A stretch of 64,000 nt of DNA from assembly GCA_041691155.1 (NCBI GenBank), contig JBEPVD010000002.1, positions 2,109-66,108 on the forward strand, read 5' to 3'. A model generated the notes under the pieces. It worked only from the letters and a program-made list of their open reading frames with translations. It was not told the origin of the DNA and ran no database searches. Each line of letters opens with the position of its first letter. Within the stretch, counting starts at the first letter, position 1. This document shows, piece by piece, positions 36,484 to 44,804 of the stretch. The DNA is from Candidatus Dormiibacterota bacterium (GTDB lineage: Bacteria > Chloroflexota > Dormibacteria > Aeolococcales > Aeolococcaceae). Position numbers and translations under genes: made by a program.

Positions 36484-36768
36484 TCACTGTTGATCTTCTA
36501 GTCTGAGAGTTGGATCCTTGAGACGTTCGATCGATACCAGCCAGAACGTGCCGCCGCTCTTGAGCTTGGGGTGCTGATTCCGGTCACGCTCGAGCGCAAC
36601 GGCTCGCCAACCTTCGGTAGCGACAAAAACCGAGAGGAGAGCGTCTCCGAACAGATCCTCAGGCGCGATCACACGCTGTCTGTGGACCGTCGAGGTACAG
36701 AAAGCACAAAGGTGCCGATCGAAATGGCGGGCCTGTGGCGTTAGCGAGGTTGCGCGCACCTGGCTCAT
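36484..36768 (-). CDS. hypothetical 94-aa protein at the head of the phaB-phaC operon
   Basis: AGGAGG 8 nt upstream of ATG 36768. Contains RHFDRHLCAFCTSTVH (His/Cys cluster). The stop is 43 nt before the phaB ATG. No family recognised. Confidence 0.55.
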   Translation of the reverse strand: MSQVRATSLTPQARHFDRHLCAFCTSTVHRQRVIAPEDLFGDALLSVFVATEGWRAVALERDRNQHPKLKSGGTFWLVSIERLKDPTLRLEDQQ

Positions 36769-37011
36769 GAATTGAACCTCCTAATAACGGCCGCCACCGA
36801 AAAGGGCCCGGGTGTTGGCGCCGATGACGCGGCCCTACGGCTTCATCGTCCGGCCCTGTACCAGGCTTACCCAGAGCCATCAGTCACGAACGTTCCGGGA
36901 CGGACGCCCCTATTCTCCTGCCAGCGACGAACAGGCTGGTTGGTCGGCCTTGGGGATATCGCATCAAACGCGGCCCCGGAAGCCGTTCTTCAGTGCGAGA
37001 ATGCGGGACTC

Positions 37012-37431
37012 ATGAGCAAGGATCACCCTAGCGAGCTGCGCACACTCGAGAGAGACGAATGCTTTGAGCGGTTGCGCGGGAGCGTGACCGGTCGCGTCGC
37101 CTACGTGGTCGACGGCATGGCCGTCATCGTCCCCGTCAACTTTGCGCTGGTTGACGCGGACATTGTCTTCTGCACGTCGAAAGGAAGCAAACTTGCATGG
37201 CTCGGCCTCCGCCACCGTTTGGCCTTTCAGGTTGACGATACTCGGCCTGCGAGCCGTGAAGGCTGGAGTGTGCTGATACATGGGTCAGCTCACGAGATCA
37301 CCGACCCGAACGAGCTCGATGCATTGCGTCGCGGACCGCTCCAGCCGTGGGTGCAGCCACCAGACGAGCATTGGGTGCGTATCGTTGTCGAAGCCATCTC
37401 GGGGCGTGCGCTCGAACGTGGCCAGCCGTAA
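37012..37431 (+). CDS. pyridoxamine 5'-phosphate oxidase family (PPOX-class, possibly F420-dependent) protein
   Basis: LERDECFERLRGSVTGRVAYVVDGMAVIVPVNFALVDADIVFCTSKGSKL... is the typical split-barrel N-terminus. ATG 37012. Confidence 0.75.
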   Translation: MSKDHPSELRTLERDECFERLRGSVTGRVAYVVDGMAVIVPVNFALVDADIVFCTSKGSKLAWLGLRHRLAFQVDDTRPASREGWSVLIHGSAHEITDPNELDALRRGPLQPWVQPPDEHWVRIVVEAISGRALERGQP

Positions 37432-37440
37432 ATTGTGAAG

Positions 37441-37512
37441 TCGGGGCGACTGGACTCGAACCAGCGACCCCCTGCTCCCAAAGCAGGTGCGCTACCACTG
37501 CGCCACGCCCCG
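37441..37512 (-). tRNA. tRNA-Pro (anticodon UGG)
   Basis: Folded by hand. Acceptor CGGGGCG/CGCCCCG, D arm GCGC-AGTGGTA-GCGC, anticodon arm CCTGC-TTTGGGA-GCAGG (U33, UGG, G37), T arm GCTGG-TTCGAGT-CCAGT, discriminator A. CCA is not encoded. Confidence 0.85.
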
Positions 37513-37905
37513 ACGGTTGGTGATCTCGGCGAGCTCGCCTGCCTGCGAAAAGGTCGGTAACAACCTCGTCTGCATCGGGTAGCCGGTTTCTCGCCCATTC
37601 TATGCGCCGTCGCGGCTGAGGCCCGCGCCGACTGCTCAATCGAGACTGGGAGCAGGGCCCTCGCTGGATGCGGACGCGTCGACGTCGATCGCCGCGGCGC
37701 CCATCGCTAACGCATCAAGCGTTCCAGGCACTCATCATACGAGCGACACCAGCGCTTCGACCCGAGGGGCAACGGAACGCGCTTGTCGATGACTCCTCGC
37801 GAGAGGCGTCATCGGGCCGGAATGCGCCGGCGGCATTCGCCGGGCGCCTCAGGATAGGCCTCACGGTCCACGACGAACGGCACCCACGGCACACTGTCCA
37901 GTGCC

Positions 37906-39084
37906 GTGGTGGACCTTCTCGACGCCGTCATCGTCGCCGCGCTGCTGATCCTCGCCTTGTCTGGCCTCCGGCGCGGACTCAGCGGTGTCGCGTTCTCACT
38001 CGCCGGGCTTCTGCTGGGGCTGTTCCTCGGTGCTGTCATCACACCGCCGCTCGCGCGTGCCGTCACCCAGAACCCCACGACCAAACCGCTCGTTGCCATC
38101 GGGATCTTCGTCGGCGTCACCCTGCTGGTCGAAGGCATCGGTTCGGCGATCGGAATCCGCGTCCGCCAGCACACGAGGCACACCGTGCTGGGCAAGGCTG
38201 ACGCAGGTTTGGGAGCGGTGCTCGGGGTCATCGGGGCTCTCCTGGCGGCGTGGTACCTCGGATTGACGTTCTCGCAGAGCCCCTGGGTCGGTCTCGACAA
38301 TCAGATCAGCGGCTCGGCAATCGAGCGATCCCTGGATCGGTTCATGCCGAGACCACCCGGTTTCCTCGCGACCATCGGGAATCTCTTCGTGGCCGGTGAT
38401 TTCCCGAACCCGTTCTCGACCATCCTCAATCTGCCATCCGCGCCGGTGACGATCCCACCGCTCGTCAACACGGCGGGCATCCGTCAAGCCACGAGCGTCA
38501 CGTCGAAAGTGGTCGCCCAAGGATGCAACGGCGGTGCGGAGGCAGGGTCGTCGTGGCCGCTGGCGTCCGGCTACATGGTGACCAACGCCCACGTCGTCGC
38601 CGGGTCGAGCAGCGTGCAGATCTTCACGCCCGACGGGCAGGTGCACACCGCCCGTGTCGTGCTCTTTGATCCGAACACCGATCTCGCGATTCTCTACTCG
38701 CCCGGCATCACGCTGCACCCGCTCGTGCGGGTGCCCAGCAATCCGACTCGAGGCACCGCGGGCGCCGTGATCGGGTATCCCAGAGGCGGCAGTGAGCAGG
38801 TCGTGTCAGCAGCGGTGATCGGCACCGAGTCGGCGCGGGGCTACAACATCTATGGCGACACCCTGGTGACCCGTGAAATCGAAGTGCTCTCCGCTCTCGT
38901 GATTCCGGGCAACTCGGGGGGACCGATCGTCAACACCGCCGGTCAGATTATCGGGGTCGTCTTCGCCGCGAGCACCACGCAGTCGAACGTCGGCTATGCA
39001 CTCACGATCCCGCAGGTGTCCTCGGACCTCCAGGCGGGGCTGCATCGCACCACCGCAGTCTCAACCCAGGGGTGCGCGAGCTGA
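37906..39084 (+). CDS. MarP-like membrane serine protease (CvpA-type TM domain + trypsin-like domain)
   Basis: Four N-terminal TM helices, then the triad contexts VTNAHVVAG, DLAILY and GNSGGP. GTG start. Confidence 0.85.
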   Translation: MVDLLDAVIVAALLILALSGLRRGLSGVAFSLAGLLLGLFLGAVITPPLARAVTQNPTTKPLVAIGIFVGVTLLVEGIGSAIGIRVRQHTRHTVLGKADAGLGAVLGVIGALLAAWYLGLTFSQSPWVGLDNQISGSAIERSLDRFMPRPPGFLATIGNLFVAGDFPNPFSTILNLPSAPVTIPPLVNTAGIRQATSVTSKVVAQGCNGGAEAGSSWPLASGYMVTNAHVVAGSSSVQIFTPDGQVHTARVVLFDPNTDLAILYSPGITLHPLVRVPSNPTRGTAGAVIGYPRGGSEQVVSAAVIGTESARGYNIYGDTLVTREIEVLSALVIPGNSGGPIVNTAGQIIGVVFAASTTQSNVGYALTIPQVSSDLQAGLHRTTAVSTQGCAS

Positions 39085-39093
39085 GCGCGACGC

Positions 39094-40470
39094 TCAGTAG
39101 TGGATGATCACCGTCGCGCCGATCGGAGTCCACGCGTACAGCCATTGCATGGTCGGCATTGGAATATGCACGCACCCATGGCTCGCATCGACGCTGTTCT
39201 CGCTGCCTGGACCGAAGACTGACGTCGGCTCCCAGGGCGCATCGTGGATGAAGAACCCGCCGCCGCGGAATTCCATTGCGTAGTCCGCGTCTTCCGGCGA
39301 GTAGTACCAGGGGGACGACTTCGGCCACGGGGAGATCAACGTGATCGGCGAGACCTTCCGGTAGATGCGATACGTCCCGGTTGGCGTGCGCAAGCCCGCT
39401 CGGCCGCTCGTGATCAATGACGACCCGGCAACGCATCCACCGTTGTAGAACACCGCCGACTGCCGGGTGAGGTCGAAGTCGATCACCTTTCCGTTGGGGA
39501 CGTCATGGCCGCAGCCGACTGCGGTCAACGCGGCATTCACTGAGCTCTCGACGGTCGCGATCTGCGCCTCCACGGACTCGAGCCGAGCGGTGGTGCCGCC
39601 CTGACGCAGCATCGCCGACAGCGACGCGTACTGCCCCGCGAATCCCGCTGCGCCGATCGCGTTGTGCGCGGACGCGAGTTGCACGCGCGTGTCGAGGTTG
39701 CGCAGCTCCGAAGCCACGCGTCCGTCGAGCGTGATCAGCGCGTTGACGGTGTCGATGGCGGCGGCGAGCGCCTTGATCGCAGGCACCGCAACGCTCGGGT
39801 CGGTCCGGTCGCTCGTGAGCGTGGTGATGAGTGACGGCACCGCGCCGAGCGGCAGATGGTCGCCTTGAGCGACCGCGACCGTGTGGTGCGCTTTGGCGAG
39901 GAGCGACGCGAGGCCGCCGTAGGATCCAGCTGCCACCGTGACTTCGTCAAGCAGCGCTGCCTTGTGCGCGGCGGCGACCGCGCCCGTCCAGGTGACGACG
40001 AGGTGATCGACGGCCGCCGGTGTCGCGGCCGCCGCAAGCTTCGAGCTCCACGTCGCGGCATCGTTCGCCGCGGCGGCCGGCACATAGGCGCCGAACTGCA
40101 TCTCCATCTGACTCCACGCAGTCATCGCGGCTTCGGCCCGCGCCCGGGCAATCGCCATCGCCGCAGACCACACGGACTGGGTGTCGTGGTGCATGGTCGT
40201 GAGGAACGCGCTGCCGTCGTCCAGCCACCACAGCGGCGACCAGGACGAGGCGTGCAGGTACTTCGAACGTTCGAGCGATGCGCGCAACGGCGCGAGGCTC
40301 GACGCTGACACACCCTCGCCGACGTCCGCAGTCCACGACCGCTCCAGTGCGGTCGCGCTGTGATGAAACGCTGACGCGCGGCTCATCGCACGCGCCGTGG
40401 CGGCGCCCCCGGCGCCGACCAGCGCGAGCGACAACCCCGCTATCGCAAGCGGTAGCAGTCGCAATCGCAT
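39094..40470 (-). CDS. L,D-transpeptidase (YkuD domain) with long Ala-rich N-terminal region
   Basis: Signal peptide MRLRLLPLAIAGLSLALVGAGGAATARA. The C-terminal YkuD domain has the catalytic SHGCVH. ATG 40470. Confidence 0.85.
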   Translation of the reverse strand: MRLRLLPLAIAGLSLALVGAGGAATARAMSRASAFHHSATALERSWTADVGEGVSASSLAPLRASLERSKYLHASSWSPLWWLDDGSAFLTTMHHDTQSVWSAAMAIARARAEAAMTAWSQMEMQFGAYVPAAAANDAATWSSKLAAAATPAAVDHLVVTWTGAVAAAHKAALLDEVTVAAGSYGGLASLLAKAHHTVAVAQGDHLPLGAVPSLITTLTSDRTDPSVAVPAIKALAAAIDTVNALITLDGRVASELRNLDTRVQLASAHNAIGAAGFAGQYASLSAMLRQGGTTARLESVEAQIATVESSVNAALTAVGCGHDVPNGKVIDFDLTRQSAVFYNGGCVAGSSLITSGRAGLRTPTGTYRIYRKVSPITLISPWPKSSPWYYSPEDADYAMEFRGGGFFIHDAPWEPTSVFGPGSENSVDASHGCVHIPMPTMQWLYAWTPIGATVIIHY

Positions 40471-40492
40471 CTGAAACGATGCTACCCGAGAA

Positions 40493-41482
40493 TCAGCTGG
40501 TGAGGAACCCGTTCTGCACGAGCCAGGTGTGCGCCACGTTGGCAACCGTCATGCTCTGGATCTCCACCATCGCGTTCAACTGCAGCATCACGGCGGTGGT
40601 CAGCTTCGCGGCCACGGGGGTCAGCCACGCGCCGATCGACGGGTTCTTCTGCAGCACGCTCTCGCGCACGATGAGACCTGCGTTATCAGGCGGGAACAGG
40701 TTCTTGTCGTCGGTGAGCGTCTGCTCGTTGTTGGCCTCGATACCCGAGTCCGTGGTGAAGACTTCGCCGGCATCGCACTGCCCAGAGGCGATCGCCTTCT
40801 CGGCCGTGCTGCCGATCTGGGTGTAGTGGAAGCTCGAGGCGGCCGGCCAACCGTAGGTCGTCACGAGACCTGGGAGTCCGTCAGGCCGGGTGAGGAACTC
40901 GGACAGAACGCACACGTGGAGACTGGTATGCGCCGTCAGATACGCACCGAACGCGGAGAGCGAGCTGCCGAAGGTTCCGGCATTGCTCGCCTTGATGGCG
41001 ATGCCGTTGGTGTCGTCGAACTGCGTCGGCGCGACCCAGCAATGCTGGTTCGCGACGTCGAGTGACTGCACCTTGGTGAATGCGCCGGCGAGATCCGTCG
41101 GGAACTGTCCCGCCGCGAGGCCGAGGTAACCCGGGTCGCTCAACTCGGTCCCGGTGTACTGCCAGTACATGTCGATGGTGCCGCTGTCGAGTGCCTTGCC
41201 GATGGTGGGATCAGCAGCGCTGAAGGTGTTGGTGACCGTGAAGCCGTGCGCGCCGAGCACGTCGGCGGCCATCTGCGCCATCAACTGCTCCTCGGCAAAC
41301 GACTTGCTGCCGATGGAAAGCGTTGTGCCGTTACCGCCCGTCTGCGTGCCCGTGGGGCATGCCGTGGTGGTCGTCGATCCACTGGAAGTAGCGGGCGCAG
41401 GGGTGCCAGAGTTTCCGCCCCCACACGCTGCGAGTGTCGCGGGAATCGCGAGTGCGAACACCGCGAGTAGCTTGCGCGTCAT
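40493..41482 (-). CDS. osmoprotectant (glycine betaine/choline-type) ABC transporter substrate-binding lipoprotein
   Basis: Lipobox LAAC after MTRKLLAVFALAIPAT. OpuC/ProX-like body. GGAGGA 8 nt upstream of ATG 41482. Confidence 0.8.
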   Translation of the reverse strand: MTRKLLAVFALAIPATLAACGGGNSGTPAPATSSGSTTTTACPTGTQTGGNGTTLSIGSKSFAEEQLMAQMAADVLGAHGFTVTNTFSAADPTIGKALDSGTIDMYWQYTGTELSDPGYLGLAAGQFPTDLAGAFTKVQSLDVANQHCWVAPTQFDDTNGIAIKASNAGTFGSSLSAFGAYLTAHTSLHVCVLSEFLTRPDGLPGLVTTYGWPAASSFHYTQIGSTAEKAIASGQCDAGEVFTTDSGIEANNEQTLTDDKNLFPPDNAGLIVRESVLQKNPSIGAWLTPVAAKLTTAVMLQLNAMVEIQSMTVANVAHTWLVQNGFLTS

Positions 41483-41502
41483 GAATGCGTTCCTCCGCAT
41501 GA

Positions 41503-42243
41503 CTAACCGTTGACCCCTCGCGGGACTGCGACGCGCTCAACCATGGAAAGCGCCCAATCAGCGAGCAATGCGAGCGATGCCACCATTACAGCTCCTACAA
41601 AGACCATCCGATCACTGTTGTTGATTCCGGCGGCAATCACATCCCCGAGTCCGCCCCCGCCGATGAAGTTTCCGAGTGTCGCTGTGCCAATGATAAGGAC
41701 AACGGACGTTCGGAGGCCTGCAAATATCAATGGTGAGGCCAGTGGAATCTGCACTCGCGCCAAAGCCTGCCAACGCGTCATGCCCATTCCGCGCGCCGCG
41801 TCAACAGCCGCTGGATCGACACCCTGCAGGCCGGTCACGGTGTTGCGCAGCACCGGCAGAAGCCCGTAGAGCACCAACGCGATGATGGTCGGCGTGGACC
41901 CGAGACCGAGGATCGAGAAGAACAGCACGAGGAGGCCGATCCCTGGGATTGCCTGTCCCAGGTTGGCGATAAGGAACACCGGTACCCGAACCCAGGCACC
42001 CGAGAGCGCCATGAGGACGCCGAGGGGGAGACCGACGATCGCGACGATCGCAAACGAAACGCCCGAGAGGTAGACATGCTGGATCGTCTCGGACATCAGG
42101 TTTGGCTCATTGAGGATGTACGAGTCAAGGGGCCTCCCGACCAGCGTCTGGAATACGCCGATCGAGACGAGAATGCCGATCGCGACCAAGATCGGCACCG
42201 CGAAAAAGCGTAGCCGGTGGGTCCAGGCTGGCGGTCGAGGCAT
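41503..42243 (-). CDS. ABC transporter permease (OpuCB/OpuCD type)
   Basis: Binding-protein-dependent permease fold with an EAA-like loop (AAVDAARGMGMTRWQALARVQIPLA). Its start abuts the ATPase stop. Confidence 0.85.
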   Translation of the reverse strand: MPRPPAWTHRLRFFAVPILVAIGILVSIGVFQTLVGRPLDSYILNEPNLMSETIQHVYLSGVSFAIVAIVGLPLGVLMALSGAWVRVPVFLIANLGQAIPGIGLLVLFFSILGLGSTPTIIALVLYGLLPVLRNTVTGLQGVDPAAVDAARGMGMTRWQALARVQIPLASPLIFAGLRTSVVLIIGTATLGNFIGGGGLGDVIAAGINNSDRMVFVGAVMVASLALLADWALSMVERVAVPRGVNG

Positions 42244-43188
42244 CTAGCGCGACCGCATCGATGCGGCACGAATGACATCGGCGTCCACGACGCCGAGGGT
42301 GCGATCGCCATCCACCACTCGCACCCGTCCGTCCGGCGACCGGAGAACGGCGTCAAGCGCATCGCGAAGCGTTGCTCCCGCAGCGACTGTGGCCTCCGGA
42401 GCGGCGCCGTTCATGGGCGTCAGTGCCACATCGGTCAGCTGAATGAGCGCGAGACGCCGCACGAGGGGCCCCTCGCCGAGAAATCCGGTGACGAACGCAT
42501 TCTGCGGATGTGCCAGCAACTCCTCGGGAGTCGTGAACTGCTCGAGCACACCACCGCGCGAGAGCAGCGCGACGCGATCACCGAGCTTCACCGCCTCGTC
42601 GATGTCATGGGTCACGAAGACGATCGTCTTGCGCACCACACTCTGGAGCCGGAGCAACTCGTTCTGGAGCCGCTCTCGGGCGATCGGGTCGATGGCCCCA
42701 AAGGGCTCGTCCATGAGCAGGATGTTCGGATCCGCCCCCAGCGCCCGGGCCACCCCGACGCGCTGACGCTCACCGCCGCTGAGTTCCGAGGGCAGACGCT
42801 TCGCGTAGCTGGATGCCGGGAGGGCGATGAGTTCCAGCAACTCTTCCACCCGGGCTTGCGTCTTCTGCTTCGTCCAGCCCAGGAGCTTGGGCACCGTCGC
42901 GATGTTCTCGGCGACGGTCTGATGCGGAAACAACCCCACCTGCTGGATCACGTATCCGATGGAGCGACGCAGGTCGTTGAGATCGTAGGTGCGTGTGTCG
43001 CGATCGTCGATGCTGATCGTGCCCTCGGTGGGCTCGATGAGCCGGTTGATCATCTTCAGGGAGGTCGTCTTGCCGCACCCCGAAGGGCCGACCAGGATCA
43101 CAATCTCGCCGGACTTGATCTCGAGCGAGAGATGATCGACGGCGACCTGGTCGCCGTAACGCTTGACGACATTGTCGAAGGTGATCAC
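42244..43188 (-). CDS. ABC transporter ATP-binding protein with tandem CBS domains (OpuCA/ProV type)
   Basis: Walker A GPSGCGKTT, signature LSGGERQRV, Walker B LLMDEPF, and a CBS-like C-terminus. GTG 43188 overlaps the upstream permease stop (GTGA). The longer 503-aa ORF is rejected. Confidence 0.9.
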   Translation of the reverse strand: MITFDNVVKRYGDQVAVDHLSLEIKSGEIVILVGPSGCGKTTSLKMINRLIEPTEGTISIDDRDTRTYDLNDLRRSIGYVIQQVGLFPHQTVAENIATVPKLLGWTKQKTQARVEELLELIALPASSYAKRLPSELSGGERQRVGVARALGADPNILLMDEPFGAIDPIARERLQNELLRLQSVVRKTIVFVTHDIDEAVKLGDRVALLSRGGVLEQFTTPEELLAHPQNAFVTGFLGEGPLVRRLALIQLTDVALTPMNGAAPEATVAAGATLRDALDAVLRSPDGRVRVVDGDRTLGVVDADVIRAASMRSR

Positions 43189-43835
43189 GTGCCTGCCACC
43201 GTGACCCGGCCGCGCGAGAGGGCGCGCTGAAGACCGGCGAGAATGAGGTCGGCGAGGATCCCGATCGCGGCGACCGGGAGGATGCCGGCAAGCACCGCAT
43301 CGATGGTACCGGTGCTCCGGCCGATCGCCGAGAGGATCTGCTGGCCAAGATCGGCGACGCCCAGCGCCGCGCCGACCGTCGCGATCGCGACGATCATCAC
43401 CGTCGCCTGGCGAATGCCGCCGAGGATGACCGGGACTGCGAGCGGCAGTTCCACCTTGAGCAACACCTGGCTGGGGCTCATGCCCATCCCGCGCGCCGCC
43501 TCGACTACCGCGCGGTCGACGGTCTTGATGCCTGCCCGCGTGTTCCGGGTGACGGGAAGGAGCCCGTACAGGATCAGCCCGACGATGACCGGCGGGTTGG
43601 CCACACCGAGCCAGATGGAGAGCAGCCCGAAGAGTGCGTAGCTCGGGATCGTGAGGATGGTGCTGGTGACCGCCATGATCATCGTGGAGAGCGGCTCCGA
43701 CCGCGACGCGACCACTCCCAACGCCAGCCCGATCACGCTCGTCATGAGAATGCACTCACCCACGATCTCGAGGTGAGTCACGATCTCGGGCCCGATCGAG
43801 CCCCAGTTGTCGGCCATGTACTGGAGGAGATTCAC
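43185..43835 (-). CDS. ABC transporter permease (OpuCB/OpuCD type)
   Basis: EAA-like loop RAVVEAARGMGMSPSQVLLKVELPLA. Start is GTG 43835 or ATG 43817. Confidence 0.85.
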   Translation of the reverse strand: MNLLQYMADNWGSIGPEIVTHLEIVGECILMTSVIGLALGVVASRSEPLSTMIMAVTSTILTIPSYALFGLLSIWLGVANPPVIVGLILYGLLPVTRNTRAGIKTVDRAVVEAARGMGMSPSQVLLKVELPLAVPVILGGIRQATVMIVAIATVGAALGVADLGQQILSAIGRSTGTIDAVLAGILPVAAIGILADLILAGLQRALSRGRVTVAGT

Positions 43836-43900
43836 GTGTGTGGGGCGTCAGTATCCATATCAGCGACCGGATGGTGCTCTGTTGTCCGAGTCCAGCACGA

Positions 43901-43936
43901 GGAAAAGGGCAGCTCCGCACCTGCGGAACTGCCCTT
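43901..43936 (-). terminator. rho-independent terminator after the lipoprotein gene
   Basis: On the minus strand, AAGGGCAGTTCCGCA..TGCGGAGCTGCCCTT (15 bp including one G-U) followed by TTTT. Confidence 0.6.
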
Positions 43937-43969
43937 GCAACGCCCCCCGATGACGGGTGGGTGCCGTCT

Positions 43970-44521
43970 CTAGTATCCGTATCCCCCGGCGCTGGTGGCG
44001 GCCGGAGCCGATGTCGGCGGTGGTGTCGTCGCACCGGAACCGGTCGTCGCGCCGGTTTCCGTTGATGTCGTGGCAGGCATTGCCGCAAACCACGTGCCCT
44101 CGACACCATTGCCACCCGTCTGTCCGGGGCCGGAATCACTGGCAAACGTGTGCAGTGGCCAGCCGTTGTACGTGACCTCCGTCGCGGCTGCGCCGTTCAG
44201 CATGATTGACACCGTTCCAAGCGTGCCGGTGACTGCCGACGAACTCGTCGGCGTGCCCGTGACCACCAGGGGCGGCCAAGCCGCGAGGCAGCCTGCGGCG
44301 CACGCGCCAACCGTGGCGTTCTTCTCGGGCAGGAAGTAGTAGAGCGTCAAACCGCTCGTGTCGGTGAGCACCGTGCCGAGCGTTGTGGTGCCAGAGGAGA
44401 CGGTCGCGCTCGTCGAAGCGCCATTCCCGCTTCCGGGGTTGGATGACGAGGGGGTCGTGCCGGCGGCGCCGCACGCGGCGAGCGCCGCACCGGCGGTCAG
44501 GGTCAGGACGATGCGTTTCAT
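43970..44521 (-). CDS. secreted lipoprotein with two 'secreted repeat of unknown function' units (COG4315-like)
   Basis: Lipobox LAAC. The repeats are GTVLTDTSGLTLYYF...CAAGCLAAWPP and EVTYNGWPLHTFASDSGPGQTGGNGVEGTWFA. GGAGG upstream of ATG 44521. Confidence 0.7.
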   Translation of the reverse strand: MKRIVLTLTAGAALAACGAAGTTPSSSNPGSGNGASTSATVSSGTTTLGTVLTDTSGLTLYYFLPEKNATVGACAAGCLAAWPPLVVTGTPTSSSAVTGTLGTVSIMLNGAAATEVTYNGWPLHTFASDSGPGQTGGNGVEGTWFAAMPATTSTETGATTGSGATTPPPTSAPAATSAGGYGY

Positions 44522-44603
44522 ATCAGGGAACCTCCGCTGTTGTAGATGCAGTGAATACGGCCCCGCGTTACGTCCGGCATCCCCAGCCGGGTATTCTCGA
44601 CGC

Positions 44604-44804
44604 ATGTGCCGGAGCATCAAGACGCTTCGAGGCGCGGAGCCCGCTGCTGGCGTTGAGGACACGCGCGCGGCCGCCCTCCAGTTCGTTCGCAAGATCAGTG
44701 GATACCGGGTCCCCTCGAAAGCCAATCAAGCGGCCTTCGACGAGGCCGTACAGGAGGTTGCCGCGGCGACCACGCGATTGCTCGAGGGCCTGCAGGCTCG
44801 ATGA
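44604..44804 (+). CDS. DUF2277 domain protein (66 aa)
   Basis: MCRSIKTLRGAEP...RAAALQFVRKISGYRVPSKANQAAFDEAV matches my memory of DUF2277. The stop overlaps the cydA ATG (ATGA 44801..44804). TATTCT hexamer at 44592..44597, 7 nt before the ATG, with no SD. Confidence 0.75.
   Translation: MCRSIKTLRGAEPAAGVEDTRAAALQFVRKISGYRVPSKANQAAFDEAVQEVAAATTRLLEGLQAR

Noticed and set aside
36484-37512. Integrated element at the 3' side of tRNA-Pro
   Set aside because: No integrase, excisionase or phage/plasmid genes are nearby. By eye I found no direct repeat of the tRNA 3' half in the flanking kilobases, though this was not searched exhaustively.
37298-37639. Minus-strand ORFs of 102-113 aa covering 37290..37639
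   Set aside because: They run straight through the tRNA-Pro gene, which folds into a complete cloverleaf.
42244-43755. 503-aa version of the OpuCA-like ATPase ORF. The same issue applies to 52629..53786, 46816..48927, 1040..2200 and 7368..8696.
   Set aside because: The N-terminal extensions are low-complexity and overlap the upstream gene. In each case an internal start gives a 4-nt stop/start overlap or a good RBS and the normal family N-terminus.
43836-43969. Riboswitch upstream of the opuC-type operon
   Set aside because: The only strong structure is the terminator hairpin of the upstream lipoprotein gene (43901..43936). The remaining ~65 nt match no riboswitch consensus I know.
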